A stretch of DNA of 64,000 bases from Eledone cirrhosa (GCA_964016885.1 OZ024756.1:12028001-12092000); one strand, 5' to 3'; positions 13,605 to 27,927 are shown, counted from the first letter of the stretch. Made by a program: numbers and translations. Notes: generated by a model not told the origin, from the letters alone.

Positions 13605-15013
13605 CACACTGTAAAGTGGTCATGTAGGTATCACAACAAAAAGCACCCACTCGACACTGTAAAGTGGTCATGTAGGTATAACAACAAAAAACACCCAGTC
13701 TACACTGTAAAGTGGTCATGTAGGTATCACAACAAAAAACACCCAGTCTACACTGTAAAGTGGTCATGTAGGAGACACGACAAAAAACACCCAGTCCACA
13801 CTGTAAAGTGGTCATGTAGGAGACACGACAAAAAACACCCAGTCCACACTGTAAAGTGGTCATGTAGGTATCACAACAAAAAACACCCAGTCTATACTGT
13901 AAAGTGGTCATGTAGGTATCACAACAAAAAGCACCCACTCGACACTGTAAAGTGGTCATGTAGGTATCACAACAAAAAACACCCAGTCTACACTGTAAAG
14001 TGGTCATGTAGGTATCACAACAAAAAACACCCAGTCTACACTGTAAAGTGGTCATGTAGGTATCACAACAAAAAACACCCAGTCTACACTGTAAAGTAGT
14101 CATGTAGGTATCACAACAAAAAACACCCAGTCTACACTGTAAAGTGGTCATGTAGGTATCACAACAAAAAACACCCAGTCTACACTGTAAAGTGGTCATG
14201 TAGGTATCACAACAAAAAACACCCAGTCTACACTGTAAAGTGGTCATGTAGGAGACACGACAAAAAACACCCAGTCCACACTGTAAAGTGGTCATGTAGG
14301 TATCACAACAAAAAACACCCAGTCTACACTGTAAAGTGGTCATGTAGGTATCACAACAAAAGACACCCAGTCTACACTGTAAAGTGGTTGTGTTGGTATC
14401 ACAACAAAAAACACCCAGTCTACACTGTAAAGTGGTCGTGTAGGTATCACAACAAAAGACACCCAGTCTACACTGTAAAGTGGTTGTGTAGGTATCACAA
14501 CAAAACACACCCAGTCTACACTGTAAAGTGGTTGTGTAGGTATCACAACAAAAAACACCCAGTCTACACTGTAAAGTGGTTGTGTAGGTATCACAACAAA
14601 AAACACCCAGTCTACACTGTAAAGTGGTCATGTAGGAGACACGACAAAAAACACCCAGTCCACACTGTAAAGAGGTGATGTAGGTATCACAACAAAAAAC
14701 ACCCAGTCTACACTGTAAAGTGGTTGTGTAGGTATCACAACAAAAAACACCCAGTCTACACTGTAAAGTGGTCATGTAGGTATCACAACAAAAAACACCC
14801 AGTCTACACTGTAAAGTGGTCGTGTAGGAGACACGGTTAAAAGGCTCCCAATTCACACTGTAAAGGTGGTTGGCATTAGGGCATTCAGCTGTAGAAAACC
14901 TACCAGAAACAGTTCTATTCAAGAGAGGTAGTCACCCGACCAATCTTGCCCCAAGTGGGATAAAACCTGTCTAACCCATGCTTGCATGGAAGATGGACGT
15001 TAAACAATGATGA

Positions 15014-15015
<2 letters not shown>
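13605..15015 (+). repeat. 48-bp minisatellite (about 26 copies) grown from an RTE/SINE 3' UTR, followed by the normal 3' tail
   Basis: Unit cactgtaaagtggtcatgtaggtatcacaacaaaaaacacccagtcta. Reads on into ggtggttggcattagg...gtctaacccatgc...ggacgttaaac(aatgat)n. Confidence 0.9.
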
Positions 15016-15071
<56 letters not shown>

Positions 15072-15742
15072 GTACTCTTACATATATATATATATATATA
15101 CGTTATTTTACGTCTTTCATATAATTGTTCTGCATCCCCTTGCATTGAACCACAAAGTTACTAAGACAAAACCTATATATTTGCTAGCATAGGTATGCAT
15201 CTGTATATATATGTTGGTAGATATACTAATTCTTTATATATATATATATGTACATATATACATACATACATATGTACTCATATATATATATATATGTACA
15301 TATATACATACATACATATGTACACATACATTTTCATTATCATTTCATTTTACGTCCGCTTTTTCCCTGCTTGCAAGGGTGGGACGGGAACTGATTCTGG
15401 CTTGATTTCTACAGCTGGATGCTCTTCCTAACACCAACCTCATTTACAGTGAGTGCTGGGTGCTTTTTTGCCGTGGCACCTCCACGACCACTTTACAGTA
15501 GTACATCTCATTTCTACAGCTGAGTAAACTGGAGCAATGTGAAATAAAGTGTCTTGCTCAAGGAAACAACACATCACCCGGTCTGAGAATTGAACTCACA
15601 ACCTTTCGATTGCAAGGCCAATGCTCTAACCACTAAGCCATGTGCCTCCATGTACATATATATATATGTATGTACATATATACATACATACATATGTACA
15701 CACATATATATATATATATATATACATACATACATACATACA

Positions 15743-15774
<32 letters not shown>

Positions 15775-16013
15775 CATACTAATTGTTTCTACTTTTGGCA
15801 CAAGGCCAGCAATTATCCCAGTGCATTTCCGATAATAATGATATATATGTAGTAAATAATAAGTCATAATAACATATAATGACACATAAACTACTAGTAA
15901 TAGCAGTAATTACAGTAGTAGTAGTGGTGGTGGTGGTGGCGGCGGTGGCAGGGATGGTGGTGATAATTACAACAATAATAATAACATTAACTACAATAAT
16001 AATTACAACAACA

Positions 16014-16048
<35 letters not shown>

Positions 16049-16249
16049 TACATTAACTACAATAATAATTACAATAATAATGATTTCTTTATTAACCACA
16101 AGGGTTTACATAAGGTAGACATCAAGGACAGTGCAGGACAATGCAGGACGGTACAAATGGGCATTTCTGCGTGTAAAAAACAAAAACAGAGGATGTAACA
16201 AAAAATAACAATGAAAAATTCCCCAATAGGGGGGAGACTTTGGAGGGAC

Positions 16250-17640
16250 ATTAATAATGTTTAGAGATTTTCAAAATATCCCCCGTTGTCAGGAGGTTTT
16301 TGTCATTCAGTATGAAGACATGGAAAATGACACTCCTTTTGAATAGTGAAACAAAATCACTGGAAGCTGAAGTTAATATTAATTGTGGAATTTTTCAGGG
16401 TGACTCTTTATCACCGCTTTTATTCTGCATCGCACTTATACCATTAAGTAAAATGCTCAATGAAACAAAACATGGATATAAAGTCTATGACAAAACCATT
16501 AATCACCTGTTCTACATGGATGACCTGAAACTATTTTCAAACTCGTTTTGAAACACGAAAGCATCAAAAGATCATATTCCATTGCAAAAGATGCACAAAG
16601 ATACAGTAATGGACTACAAATTTCAGAAGTCCCATTTACTGCTGAAATGGAAAACACAGAAAAAGCAAAGCAGGTAAAAGTAACTGCAAAGAAAGAACTG
16701 CTACAGAAACTGGCTAAGAAATGGCAAGAAAAGCCTCTGTATGGAAAATACCCAGAGCGAGCTAACAATCCTGATGTTGACAAAACTTTAACCCATCAGT
16801 GGTTGGCATCCTCTGGACTGAAATCGGAGACTGAAGGACTGATTATATCAGCACAAGATCAGTGTCTGCCAACAAAAAATTACCAAGCCAACATAATAAA
16901 AAATGGATGCAGCCCATTATGCCGTGTATGCAAAAAACAACCAGAGACCATTGACCATATAATTTCAATGTGCAGTCCTATAGCTCCAACCGAATACCTA
17001 AACAGGCATGACAGAGCTGCACAATACATACATTGGATAATGTGTAAGCATTTTGACCTGCTCCATCAAAAGAATTGGTGGGAGCATCAACCACCTCCCA
17101 TACTTGAAAAAGATCACATCTCAATCTTGTGGAACTTTAGCATCCAAACAGACCGAAAAATAGATGCAAATAGACCTGATATAATATTGAAGGACTTTAA
17201 AAAGAGGGTATGCCTGCTAATTGATATGTCTGTTCCAATAGACAAGAATGTATCTATAAAAACATTTGAAAAATTGAGCAAGTATAAGGACCTGGAGATA
17301 GAAATTGGAAAAATGTGGAAATTGAGAACTAAAACAATACCAGTGGTTGTAGGCGCTCTGGGAATGATACCTAAGGGGTCTAATGATTACTTATCGCAAA
17401 TCCCAGGAAACCCGCGTATAGGAGAAATACAAAAGATAGTACTAATGGGAACTGCCCATATACTAAGGAAGATTCTGTCAATATAAGTACATCACAAGTC
17501 TAAACACTAAAGATGCATGTGTGAGTATGTATGTTCTTTCTTGAACATGGCGGACCTTGTTGTCTCTTGAGGTCACTGGTTGTGACTTGGTGATAACTCG
17601 TATGAACATAAAGCAAGATAAATGCAACTGTAATAATAAT
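16250..17640 (+). mobile_element. R4/Dong-clade non-LTR retrotransposon, 5'-truncated and internally deleted
   Basis: GIFQGDSLSPLLFC and HLFYMDDLKL (RT) fused to LKSETEG..AQDQ, CRVC..ETIDHI..C (CCHC), RHD and RPD..LIDM..K..KY (restriction-like endonuclease). Lies among (TAA)n runs. Confidence 0.88.
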
Positions 17641-18046
17641 AATAATAATAATAGTAATAATAATATTAGTAATTGTTTCTACTTTTGGCACAAGGCCAGC
17701 AAATAACCCCCCAGTACATTACTGGTACTTTATTTTATCAAGCACATAAGGGTGAAAGGCAGAGTTAACCTCGGCGGGATTTGAACTCAGAATGTAAAAG
17801 GGAGATAACTTCTATGCTGCAAAGTATGGTGTCTGATGCTCTACCGATACTGCCAAACCATCACCACCACCACCACCAACAACAACAATAATAGTAGTAG
17901 TAGTGGTGGTGGTGGTGGTGGTGGTGGTGGTAGTAGTAGTGGTAGTAGTAATGGTAGTAGTAATGGTAGTAGTAGTAATAGTGGTGGTAGTATAATTAAA
18001 GTAATGTGATTACATTGAAGGAAGAAGACAATGAAATAATTGACAT

Positions 18047-18190
18047 CCTAATGGATAAGGCGTCTGACTTCGAATCAGAAGATTGCGAGTTCGTGTCTCG
18101 TTGTGGTCGCAATAGGACAAATTTCAAGGGCGGTGCCCCAGCATGGCCTCAGCCGGATGGCTGAAACAGGTAAAAGAGTATAGGATAATA
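18047..18190 (+). mobile_element. 5'-truncated tRNA-Arg(TCG) sequence fused to a SINE-type tail
   Basis: cctaatggataaggcgtctgacTTCGaatcagaagattgcgagttcg...gtggtcg (18047-18109) lacks the 5' acceptor strand. Followed by ggcggtgccccagcatggc...tgaaacaggtaaaaga. Confidence 0.7.
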
Positions 18191-18269
18191 GGGAAACTAA
18201 TGTCAAAAGGTGAAATATACTTGACTTTAGTTGACATCCCAGTTTGAAACGATGGGGTTTCACATTCAG

Positions 18270-18785
18270 ACCCACAGTGTGGCACCTTGAACAGGTGTGC
18301 CACTTGCTATGTGACATCAGTGTGGCACCTTCGACAGGTGTGTCACTTGCTATGTGACACGAGGCTTGACCCACACCGCAGTGTGGCACTTGCCATGTGA
18401 CACGAGGCTTGACCCACACCGCAGGGTAGCACCTTGAACAGGCGTGGCACTTGCCATGTGACATGAGGCTTGATCCACAGTGTGCCACCTTGGACAGGTG
18501 TGTCACTTGCCATGTGACACGGGGCTTGGCCCACAGTGTGCCACCTTAGACAGGTGTGTCACTTGCCATGTGACACGAGGCTTGACCCACAGTGTGCCAC
18601 CTTAGACAGATGTGGCACTTGCTATGTGACATCAGACATGACCCACAGTGTGGAACTTTCTATGTGACATCAGTGTGCCACCTTAGACAGGTGTGGCACT
18701 TGTTATGTGACATCAGTGTGGCACCTTAGACAGGTGTGTCACTTGTTATGTGACATCAATGTGCCACCTTAGACAGGTGTCAGAT
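18270..18785. repeat. Irregular minisatellite with 40-55 bp units
   Basis: Repeated cagtgtg(g/c)caccttagacaggtgtgtcacttgccatgtgaca. Confidence 0.85.
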
Positions 18786-19099
18786 TGACCGACTCCTTGT
18801 GAATGAAGTTTGGCTGCTGAAGAAACAATAGCTTTTTCAATGGTGGTGACCACTGTTCTGTTGTCAGTTTATGGTATGGTCCCATAACTCCTGGTAGAAG
18901 GAGGAACATGAAATAAAGTGTCTTGCCCAAGGACATAATGCATTGCCCGGTCCAGGAATCGATCACAACCTCACGATTGCGAATCCAATTCTCTAAGCAC
19001 TTAGCCTTCATACACACACTCGCATATAGGAAAAAGAAATTGAAAATGCAAATATTCATTAAGAATGTTTATTTACATTAATTTATAACTTTTCCGGTT

Positions 19100-19498
19100 T
19101 CACAGATTTCATGATTTTCAAAAGTTAAGGGAGATGGTGAGTCGTGTTTTTCAGCAATTTTGGCTGTCTTTTATTTTTGATTGCTTTATGGGTTTTGAGT
19201 GCTATTCTTATTCTTGGGTCTTGTCTCAATAGTGGGATGTTCTTGTGGATAATGTTGTATAGCCTCTATTTATTGGATGTATCTGAAGTTGTTTTTGTTT
19301 TTTGTAATTCTTGAATGTCTAGCTACTTTGGCACATTCTATTCCATTGTCTATTAATAATGATGGCTACTGTCTTTTGAGTAGAATTTCTTTCAGTTCTT
19401 GGAGTTTTTTATGCCGAGTTTCATAATTTGAGACAGTTGTACAGATTATTCTTGCTAGATTAAATGGAGTATTTGTCATCATGTGTTTTGGGTGGCTA
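19100..19498 (-). pseudogene. Penelope-like RT thumb-domain fragment
   Basis: SHPKH..TNTPFNLARIICT.VS...R..KL.ELK.ILLKRQ*P matches the PLE S.HP...IP...R...L...YP pattern. Confidence 0.7.
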
Positions 19499-19550
19499 TA
19501 TATATATATACAGACCCATGGCTTTTTACATATTTCTTTGTTATATTCCA

Positions 19551-19608
19551 ATACCTGATGATATCACCGGATTAATATGCAACCCAGTCATTGAAATGAT
19601 CATAGTAT
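19551..19608 (+). ncRNA. Hammerhead ribozyme motif (stem II decayed) in (TA)n-flanked cassette 19511-19802
   Basis: atac-CTGATGA-(31 nt)-GAAA-tgatca-TA-gtat, with a palindromic loop III. Confidence 0.6.
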
Positions 19609-20011
19609 AATAAACCTTTCAAGGATTTACACCAGTCCAGCCTCCTGTTATTTCATTTATAATTAACTCCGTATTCGCACCACCAACTACACAAACGAAG
19701 ATGGGTGAACTGCACTGCGTTGAGTACTCTTCACAATATTACACCAGGATTGACCATACGGAATGACCAGTTCTATCCAGTGGTGAACCAACAAACCTTA
19801 AGATATATATATATATATATATTGTTATACTTGGGGAGGGTCATATTGCTGTAATAATATTGCCAGAAATAATAACAGAACACACTCACTGTCTGGTTGT
19901 TTTTTTATTCTGTATCTTTTATATCTCCACGGTTAATTCATTTGGTACTCAATGTTTATCATTCACTGACCAACAGTTAAAAAATACAGATATAAACACA
20001 TATATATAGTC

Positions 20012-20058
20012 TAACAAGTTCTTTCGTTGCACATCTGCAACATCATCAGTGGTACTAT
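20012..20058 (-). ncRNA. Hammerhead ribozyme motif in cassette 19822-20095
   Basis: CTGATGA-t-gttgca-gatg-tgcaac-GAAA-gaac-TT. Stem I imperfect. Same family as the 28584 motif. Confidence 0.6.
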
Positions 20059-20409
20059 TATGTTTCTCCTGTTGTATTGTATGTCTATCTACATACAATA
20101 CAATGTATACCAGTATATACACCAATGTGCACCGGTATATACCAATGTATACCAGTATATACACCGATGTATACCAGTATATACACCAATGTATACCAGT
20201 ATATACACTGATGTGTACCAGTATATACACCAATGTATACCAGTATATACACCAATGTATACCAGTATATACCAATATATACCAGTATATACACTGATGT
20301 ATACACACACATATATATGTATATATATATAAAAATTATAATAATAAGTAAGTGATGGTGTGCAAATATGTACAGAGAGTTACAAGTAGAGGAAAATTGT
20401 TCATATAAG

Positions 20410-20885
20410 GGTCCCTTCCATAATCCTGTAGGATCTTCATCAGGCAGAGGCGATCCACAGAATCAAAGGCCTTCCTAAAGTCAATGAAAACCATGATAGC
20501 AGGAAGGCTCTTTGCTCTAGCTCCCTCAAAAATTCTCCTCAGCATCAGGGTGTCACTAGTGGTTGATCATTAATCAGTATACACTGAGGATGACGAACTC
20601 AGAGCTGTACGGGAGCCTCCCAAAAGTCTACTCGAAAATAACATGAAGGAGACTGAGGTTAGCTGGACATGCTCACCGACATACAGAGTTGATACTCCAC
20701 TCAGTGGTCCTGTGGGAGCCCTTACACGGACACATTAGAAGAGGGATTAGAGACTGTATATGAGATATATTGATGACCTAAGGACAGACACTGGTGTTTG
20801 GGAGACAGAGGACATAACAGCGATGATGAAGGACAGAGACCGCTGTAGAGAACTCGTCCATGGATCTCGGGAATTTTAACCACCC
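20410..20885. mobile_element. RTE-like LINE fragment with inverted 5' part; a related copy lies at about 45555-46023
   Basis: Minus strand LRRIFEG...FIDFRKAFDSVDR abuts plus strand LYGSLP...RRLRLAGH...LWEP.HG...YIDDLRTDTG. Confidence 0.75.
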
Positions 20886-20949
20886 TGGAGAAGGGTTCAT
20901 TAGCTTGCCTGTGTATAAATTCCTGATAAGGCTGTGTGTTAGGTGGTAT

Positions 20950-21730
20950 TATTCAGTGTCTGTGTTTGTACATGTTGAACAGGTGTGTGTGTTGGTGTAA
21001 ACAGTTCATCACAACTTCGGACCTCGAGTTGATTCCGTGTTCTTTAAGCTTTATTATTTCAACAGATTCTGTAAGGTACAACCAGCAGTACCGGCCTCCT
21101 AAATGATGTGTGGGTGCACGTTTAATGACAGCCCATTCAATTCTAAAGTTGAGGTTACTTTTCTTAAGCCGCCATACCTGCTCGGACAGACTGGTTGTGA
21201 TATTTTATGCCGATGTTTGATGGAGCAGGCGCTGTTGTAGAAACGGGGTTTAATATCCTTTCTGGTTGCACTAATGTAGATGTATTTTGGGTTGTTATCC
21301 ATATGAATGATGCACCTGCAGACAATTCTGGAGACCAGAGTGTGGAGATCTGTAGCATGGTTTGGTTGATTGTCCAATGATTGCAACCCAGAGTTGGTGG
21401 TTGGGTGTGGAGTTGGAGCTATCGTGGGTGGTAAATTTCTGGATCTCTTTTTGGTTGATGGCCATTATGAAGCCCTCAACGTTTGGTGTTGTTGAGAATG
21501 AAAACTTGACAGTGTGCCTCTTGAAGATCCGGTGGTATTTATGTGTTTGGGGGGCCCTGAAGAAGATTCCAGGGATGTTCCTACAGACATGTATAGAATA
21601 TGGTGCATTGAACCAAGTTACATGTCTATTGCGAAGCTTTCTGTGCACAGTGTGTGGCCTATCAGTGGTGTTGGTGTAGGTGGCCTGTGCAGGGGTCAGA
21701 CGTGTGTTAGGTTTGGTAGTCAGGTGATCA
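20950..21730 (-). pseudogene. Decayed Penelope-like C-terminal region (linker and GIY-YIG)
   Basis: RNRHVTWFNAPYS...HKYHRIFKRHTVKFSFS, then YISAT..IKPRFYN in another frame. Confidence 0.7.
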
Positions 21731-22643
21731 GTCGTCAACCAAAAAAAAGGTCTAGAAATTTATCCCCCCCCCCCCCCCCCCCCACCACTAGTCCCCACCC
21801 CAGGCTATAGTAGAAAACTCTTCCCCAAGGTGCCTTGAAGTGAACACCTTAACCACATGGCCATGTTCTTCAGAACCATTGCTGGGGGGGGCAGATATGC
21901 AAATAATTAAAAGAAGCCATTGTTTTACAGTTTCAAGTTTCCAGGGTTTTTCTCTTTTTTGTTGTTTTATATATTGTGTTTTGTTTTCTTATGAAACAAA
22001 AGGAAAGAGGAAATAATTTATTACAAACACTATTGAGTTATATAACAGCTTGGTTCTCTCCCTCTCTACCTTTCTACCTCTCTCTCCTCCATTTTCTGAA
22101 CTACCGCCACTACCACCATCACCACCACCACTACCACCATCACCACCACCACTACTACCACCACCATCACCACAACCACCACCATCACCATCATCCAATC
22201 GTGCTATAACATACACACACACATATATATATATCATCATCATCATCATTTCATTTTACGTCCGCTTTCTCCCTGCCTGCAAGGGTGGGACGGGAACTGA
22301 TTCTGGCTTGATTTCTACAGCTGGATGCCCTTCCTAACACCAACTTCATTTACAGTGAGTGCTGGGTGCTTTTTTGCCGTGGCGCCTACACGTCCACTTT
22401 ACAGCGAGTGCTGGGTGCTTTTTTTGCCGTGGCACCTCCACGACCACTTTGCAGTGGAATGATAGGGACTCCAATCCCTATCATCTCATTTCTACAGCTG
22501 AGTAAACTGGAGCAATGTGAAATAAAGTGTCTTGCTCAAGGAAACAACACATCACCTGGTCTGAGAATTGACCAGGTGATGTATTGTTTCCTTGAGCAAG
22601 ACACTCTATTTCACATTGCTCTAGTTTACTCATATCTATTACT

Positions 22644-22706
<63 letters not shown>

Positions 22707-22930
22707 TCATCATCATCATCATCATAATAAGCCATCTGCAGATGAAACTATGACATCTCTCTCAGCCTCAAATTGTCTTTGTCCCCCTTCAAGACTTTGA
22801 TTTCAGAATCAGATTTTATACCAGTATCCTATCTGAGCAGTTTTGGCAGGTTCTTCATTCCTGCTCCCCTGCACTGCCTACCTCCTGATGGTGACCAAAA
22901 TAAAAGCAGGGAAAAGCGGACGTAAAATGA

Positions 22931-22972
<42 letters not shown>

Positions 22973-22974
<2 letters not shown>

Positions 22975-23192
22975 GTGAAGGCGTGTGGCTGAGTGGTTAG
23001 AGAATTGGATTCACAATCTTGAGGTTGTGAGTTGGTTTCCTGGACCGGGCGATGTGTTATGTCCTTGAGCAAGACACTTTGTTTCACGTTGCTCCTTCTA
23101 CCTGGAGTTACGAGCGATAGATAGTATTAGCAACTGGAAAGACCAACGGAAACATTGTTCCCTCGGTCCGATTTGATGAAAGTCGATCGATC
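22973..23192 (+). mobile_element. tRNA-SINE family C (head and core like family A, different tail); inverted copy at 28065-28282
   Basis: A box tggctgagtggttag, core ccttgagcaagacact, unique tail, (TA)n on both sides. Confidence 0.75.
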
Positions 23193-23551
23193 CTTTTATA
23201 TATATATATATCATCATTCATCATCATTTCATTTTTACGCCCGCTTTTCCCTGCTTGCAAGGGTGGGATGGGAACTGATTCTGGCTTGATTTCTACAGCT
23301 GGATGCCCTTCCTAACACCAACCTCATTTACAGTGAGTGCTGGGTGGTTTTTTTTCTGTGGCGCCTATACGTCCACTTTACAGTGGAATGATAAGGACCC
23401 CAGTCCCTATCATCTCATTTCTACAGCTGAGTAAACTAGAGCAATGTGAAATAAAGTGTCTTGCTCAAGGAAACAACACATCACCTGGTCTGAGAATTGA
23501 ACTCACAACCTTTCGATTGCAAGGCCAATGCTCTAACTACTAAGCCATGTG

Positions 23552-23697
<146 letters not shown>

Positions 23698-23807
23698 AAT
23701 GAGTAAGACCCCGACGGCTGAGCTCAAGCCGTTTCCACGGCTAATTATGTACTAAAAAGTACTTTGGTGCGTTATGGTCCACCTGGTTCCTTACCACATT
23801 TCCTTTG

Positions 23808-23850
<43 letters not shown>

Positions 23851-24284
23851 AATTTAGATTGGTTTGTTGACATAGGCAAAGAAGCCAATGTGAATTATTG
23901 ATCCAACTTCCTCTGTAACTGCTCGACAACAGCCAAAATGTGTGGAAAGTTAGCTTTGGAGCCTATCATATCTATTTGTTTATAGGACAGCAGTTCCCAT
24001 GTTGAACAAACAGTTCTAATTAAAGAAACTTAAGAATTCCAACAATTTAACAAAGTTGAGATATTTGCAGATTCTTCTTCACATGGACCAAAACATTTTA
24101 GGTTCGAGAACCCGAAAAAATTTGCCAACCACAATTATTGTAAATTGGTTATTGGCAAACTAGGAATATGAATGAGGTCTCATCAACAAGTAGTCCTACA
24201 AAACAAAATTTTGCCAATAGTGTGACTGCTCCCTACAGTTGTCAGACAAAGGGACTGTTGGGTAATTATATATATATATATCAT

Positions 24285-24992
24285 CGATGTTGCATGGTAG
24301 TGAGACCTGGGCGCTGAAGGTGGAAGACTTACGTAGATTAGAGAGAAACGAAGCCTGCATGCTCCGATGGATGTGTAACAGTAATATACGTGAACGACAA
24401 AGCATAAATGAATTGAGAGAGAGACTGAGCATAAGAGGAATCAAATGCTGCGTGCAGGAGAGGCGGTTACGCTGGTATGGACATGTGATGCGTATGAAGG
24501 ATGACAGCTGCATAAAAAGGTGCAGAGCACTAGAAGTTGATGGAAACCGCGGAGTGGGGAGACCCAAGATGACTTGGGATGAGGTGATAAAAGCCGACCT
24601 TACCCAACTACACCTCTCAAAGTCAATGACACACGACCGTGACTTCTGGCGTCACGCAGTAATACAGGGTACCCGACCTCCCATGGGTACATGCTGAAGC
24701 ATATAAACAATATGCCCCCCCCCCCCACCGCAAGGTGGTTGTGGAGGTGCCACGGCAAAAAAGCACCCAGCCCACACTGTAAAGTGGACGTGTAGGCGCC
24801 ACGAAAAAGCACCCAGCACTCACTGTAAATGAGGTTGGTGTTAGGAAGGGCATCCAGCTGTAGAAATCAAGCCAGATCAGTTCCTGTATGAGCAAGGCAT
24901 GGTCAGCCGACCAGACACTGCCCACAACAGGACAACCCGTCTAACCCATGCTAGCGTGGAAGAACGGACGTAAAACTGTGATGATGATGATG
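24285..24992 (+). mobile_element. 5'-truncated RTE LINE, partner of SINE family A
   Basis: MLHGSETW...LRWMC...RRLRWYGHV.R...RGVGRPKMTW, then a 3' UTR ending gtctaacccatgctagcgtgg...ggacgtaaaac(tga)n. Confidence 0.9.
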
Positions 24993-25014
24993 ATGATCAT
25001 CATCATCATCATCT

Positions 25015-25440
25015 TCATCATCATTGTTTTACATCCGCTTTTCCTTGCTTGCAAGGGTGGAACAGGCCCTCTTCAGCACAGCATCTCTCCATTCGCCACA
25101 GTCCTTCATCATCTCCACCGTGAGCTTCAGTGATCTGAGGTCAGCTCTCACCACTTCCACCTATGTTTTTTGTGGTCTTCCTTGACTGCATCTTCCTTCT
25201 ACTGGGATTTCTTGGCACTTCTCCACCCTGCAATCATCCTCCATATGCATCACCAACGCAGTCTTCTCTCCCACACTCCACAACTTATCCCTCTTATACA
25301 CAGTTTCACTCTCAACCCGTCTATGCTTGGTCGTTCACACACATTGACATTGCACATTCAACGGAGCATGCTTGCTTCATTTCTCTCCAGCCGTTGCATA
25401 TCCTCCGCAGTTGCTGCCCATGTCTCACTACCATGCAGCA
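25015..25440 (-). mobile_element. Second RTE subfamily 3' fragment; another at about 61255-61405 (+)
   Basis: Decayed HGSETW...LERNEASMLR on the minus strand. Tail cccttgcaagc..gaaaagcgga.gtaaaa(tga)n. Confidence 0.7.
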
Positions 25441-25948
25441 TCTAGCAGTCAGTACAGTCAGTTGCTATAAGATAACTTTATAAGCTATTTTGTAACAACT
25501 GACTTTACTTGCAGTTATTTTCTAAGTTTGACCATGCTACACCATAAACTTACCATTTCTATTCTTGGCAGAATTGTTAGAGCATCAAATAAAATGCTTT
25601 CTAGCATTTAGTTGGTGCATTTTACTTTCTAAGTTCTATGATGGAAATTCAAAGAAACCGTTTCGTACCTGAGAACACAGGGCAGTTTCAGGTGGTTTTG
25701 TAACAAAAGGGTTATATTTCTACTGCTTATAAATGTCAAATTATTGTGAAAATAATAAAAGAATTTGGAATGATTTAGTTATATAACCTTTGTTTTAATC
25801 TGATGTTTGTAATAACTTAAATAAAGACTCATACATAAAATTATGATGGTTTTTAGATAAATATAAACACTTAAAAATAAACAGTTTCGTATGTTAGAAC
25901 CAGAAGGCAGTTTCAGGGGATTTGGTAGAAAATGGGTTAAAATATTAA

Positions 25949-26158
25949 CCCTTTAACATTCACATTACTCTATAAATACTATTATATTTTCATGGTAAAG
26001 GCTTTATCTCACATAATTATCTTACATAATATCGAATCTATGAGATTTTGAAAGTATTTATTTTGAGAACAATACCTTAACATCAGTTTGAGCGACCAGT
26101 TACAGCCAGTTTCAAAAGAAAGAGGTAGAGAATTCTGGCCGGTTTGAACATTAAAGGG
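25949..26158. mobile_element. 210-bp piggyBac-type MITE
   Basis: TTAA|ccctttaacattca ... ttgaacattaaaggg|TTAA. TIR resembles the piggyBac at 1947. Confidence 0.85.
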
Positions 26159-26909
26159 TTAAAGAAAATAGGAAGAAATAAAACTAGAAAGCAGTTGGTA
26201 GGGATTGAAAGAGTGACCAGCCGTGGGCCAAATGACTTCCTCTTAATTCGCCCCCCTCCATACACACACACGCTTTTTTTTTGTTTTTACCTTAATGTAA
26301 TACTGCATATGTAGATCTCTCAATCTCTGTCTTAATGGACTTGCTATATATTACTATTACATCTTTTCCCTCTGTAGGAATCAAATTTCCTTCATAAGAA
26401 AGAAAGTTATTGACCAGAAAGTATCTTCTTTTTATTTGTCTTCTCTCTCTCTCTCTCTCTATCTCTCTATTTATCACTCTCCCTATCTATCTCATACTCT
26501 TTAAAAAGTTAATCTTCTTAGGATTTGAGAAGATTAAGGGACTTACATTGGTCACATGATAGATAAAAATCAATTAGCTATTCTACAGGAGAAACTTTCT
26601 CTTCTGAAATTCATCTTACGATAAGATGTTGACATTTTCCTCTCCCTTACACACACACACCACACACACTCACCACACATACACACACCACACACACTCA
26701 CCACACATACACACACCACACACACTCACCACACATACACACACATATATATATATATATATTCTATTAGATATTGCCATCATCATCATCATCGTGGCCA
26801 TTACTACTGTTGTTATTGCCATCCTCCTTATCCTCAGTCTTATCATTGTCGTCATCAGTTTTTCCATCCAATCTCCATCATCCATTAGTAATGATGCTGC
26901 TTTTCATCT

Positions 26910-27528
<619 letters not shown>

Positions 27529-27870
27529 GGAGGCACATGGCTTAGTGGTTAGAGCATTGGCCTTGCAATCGAAAGGTTGTGAGTTCAATTCTCAGACCGG
27601 GTGATGTGTTGTTTCCTTGAGCAAGACACTTTATTTCACATTGCTCCAGTTTACTCAGCTGTAGAAATGAGATGATAGGGACTGGGGTCCATATCATTCC
27701 ACTGCAAAGTGGTCGTGGAGGTGCCACGGCAAAAAAGCACCCAGCACTCACTGTAAATGAGGTTGATGTTAGGAAGGGCATCCAGCTGTAGAAATCAAGC
27801 CAGAATCAGTTCCCGTCCCACCCTTGCAAGCATGGAAAAGTGGACGTAAAATGAAATGAATGATGAAATG
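27529..27870 (+). mobile_element. tRNA-SINE family A (tRNA head, CORE-like centre, RTE-derived tail); copies at 15340-15650(-), 22235-22570(-), 23213-23553(-), 47135-47478(-), 63346-63890(+)
   Basis: A box tggcttagtggttag, B box gagttcaattc, core ccttgagcaagacact. The 3' half is shared with the RTE 3' UTR at 24730-24885, and it ends in a (tga)n tail. Confidence 0.9.
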
Positions 27871-27927
27871 ATATACACACACACAATATATTAATAATTG
27901 GAAACTATATTTATAAAACCATATTTA

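Noticed and set aside
18047-18109. Functional tRNA-Arg gene
   Set aside because: The 5' acceptor strand is missing and it is fused to a SINE tail.
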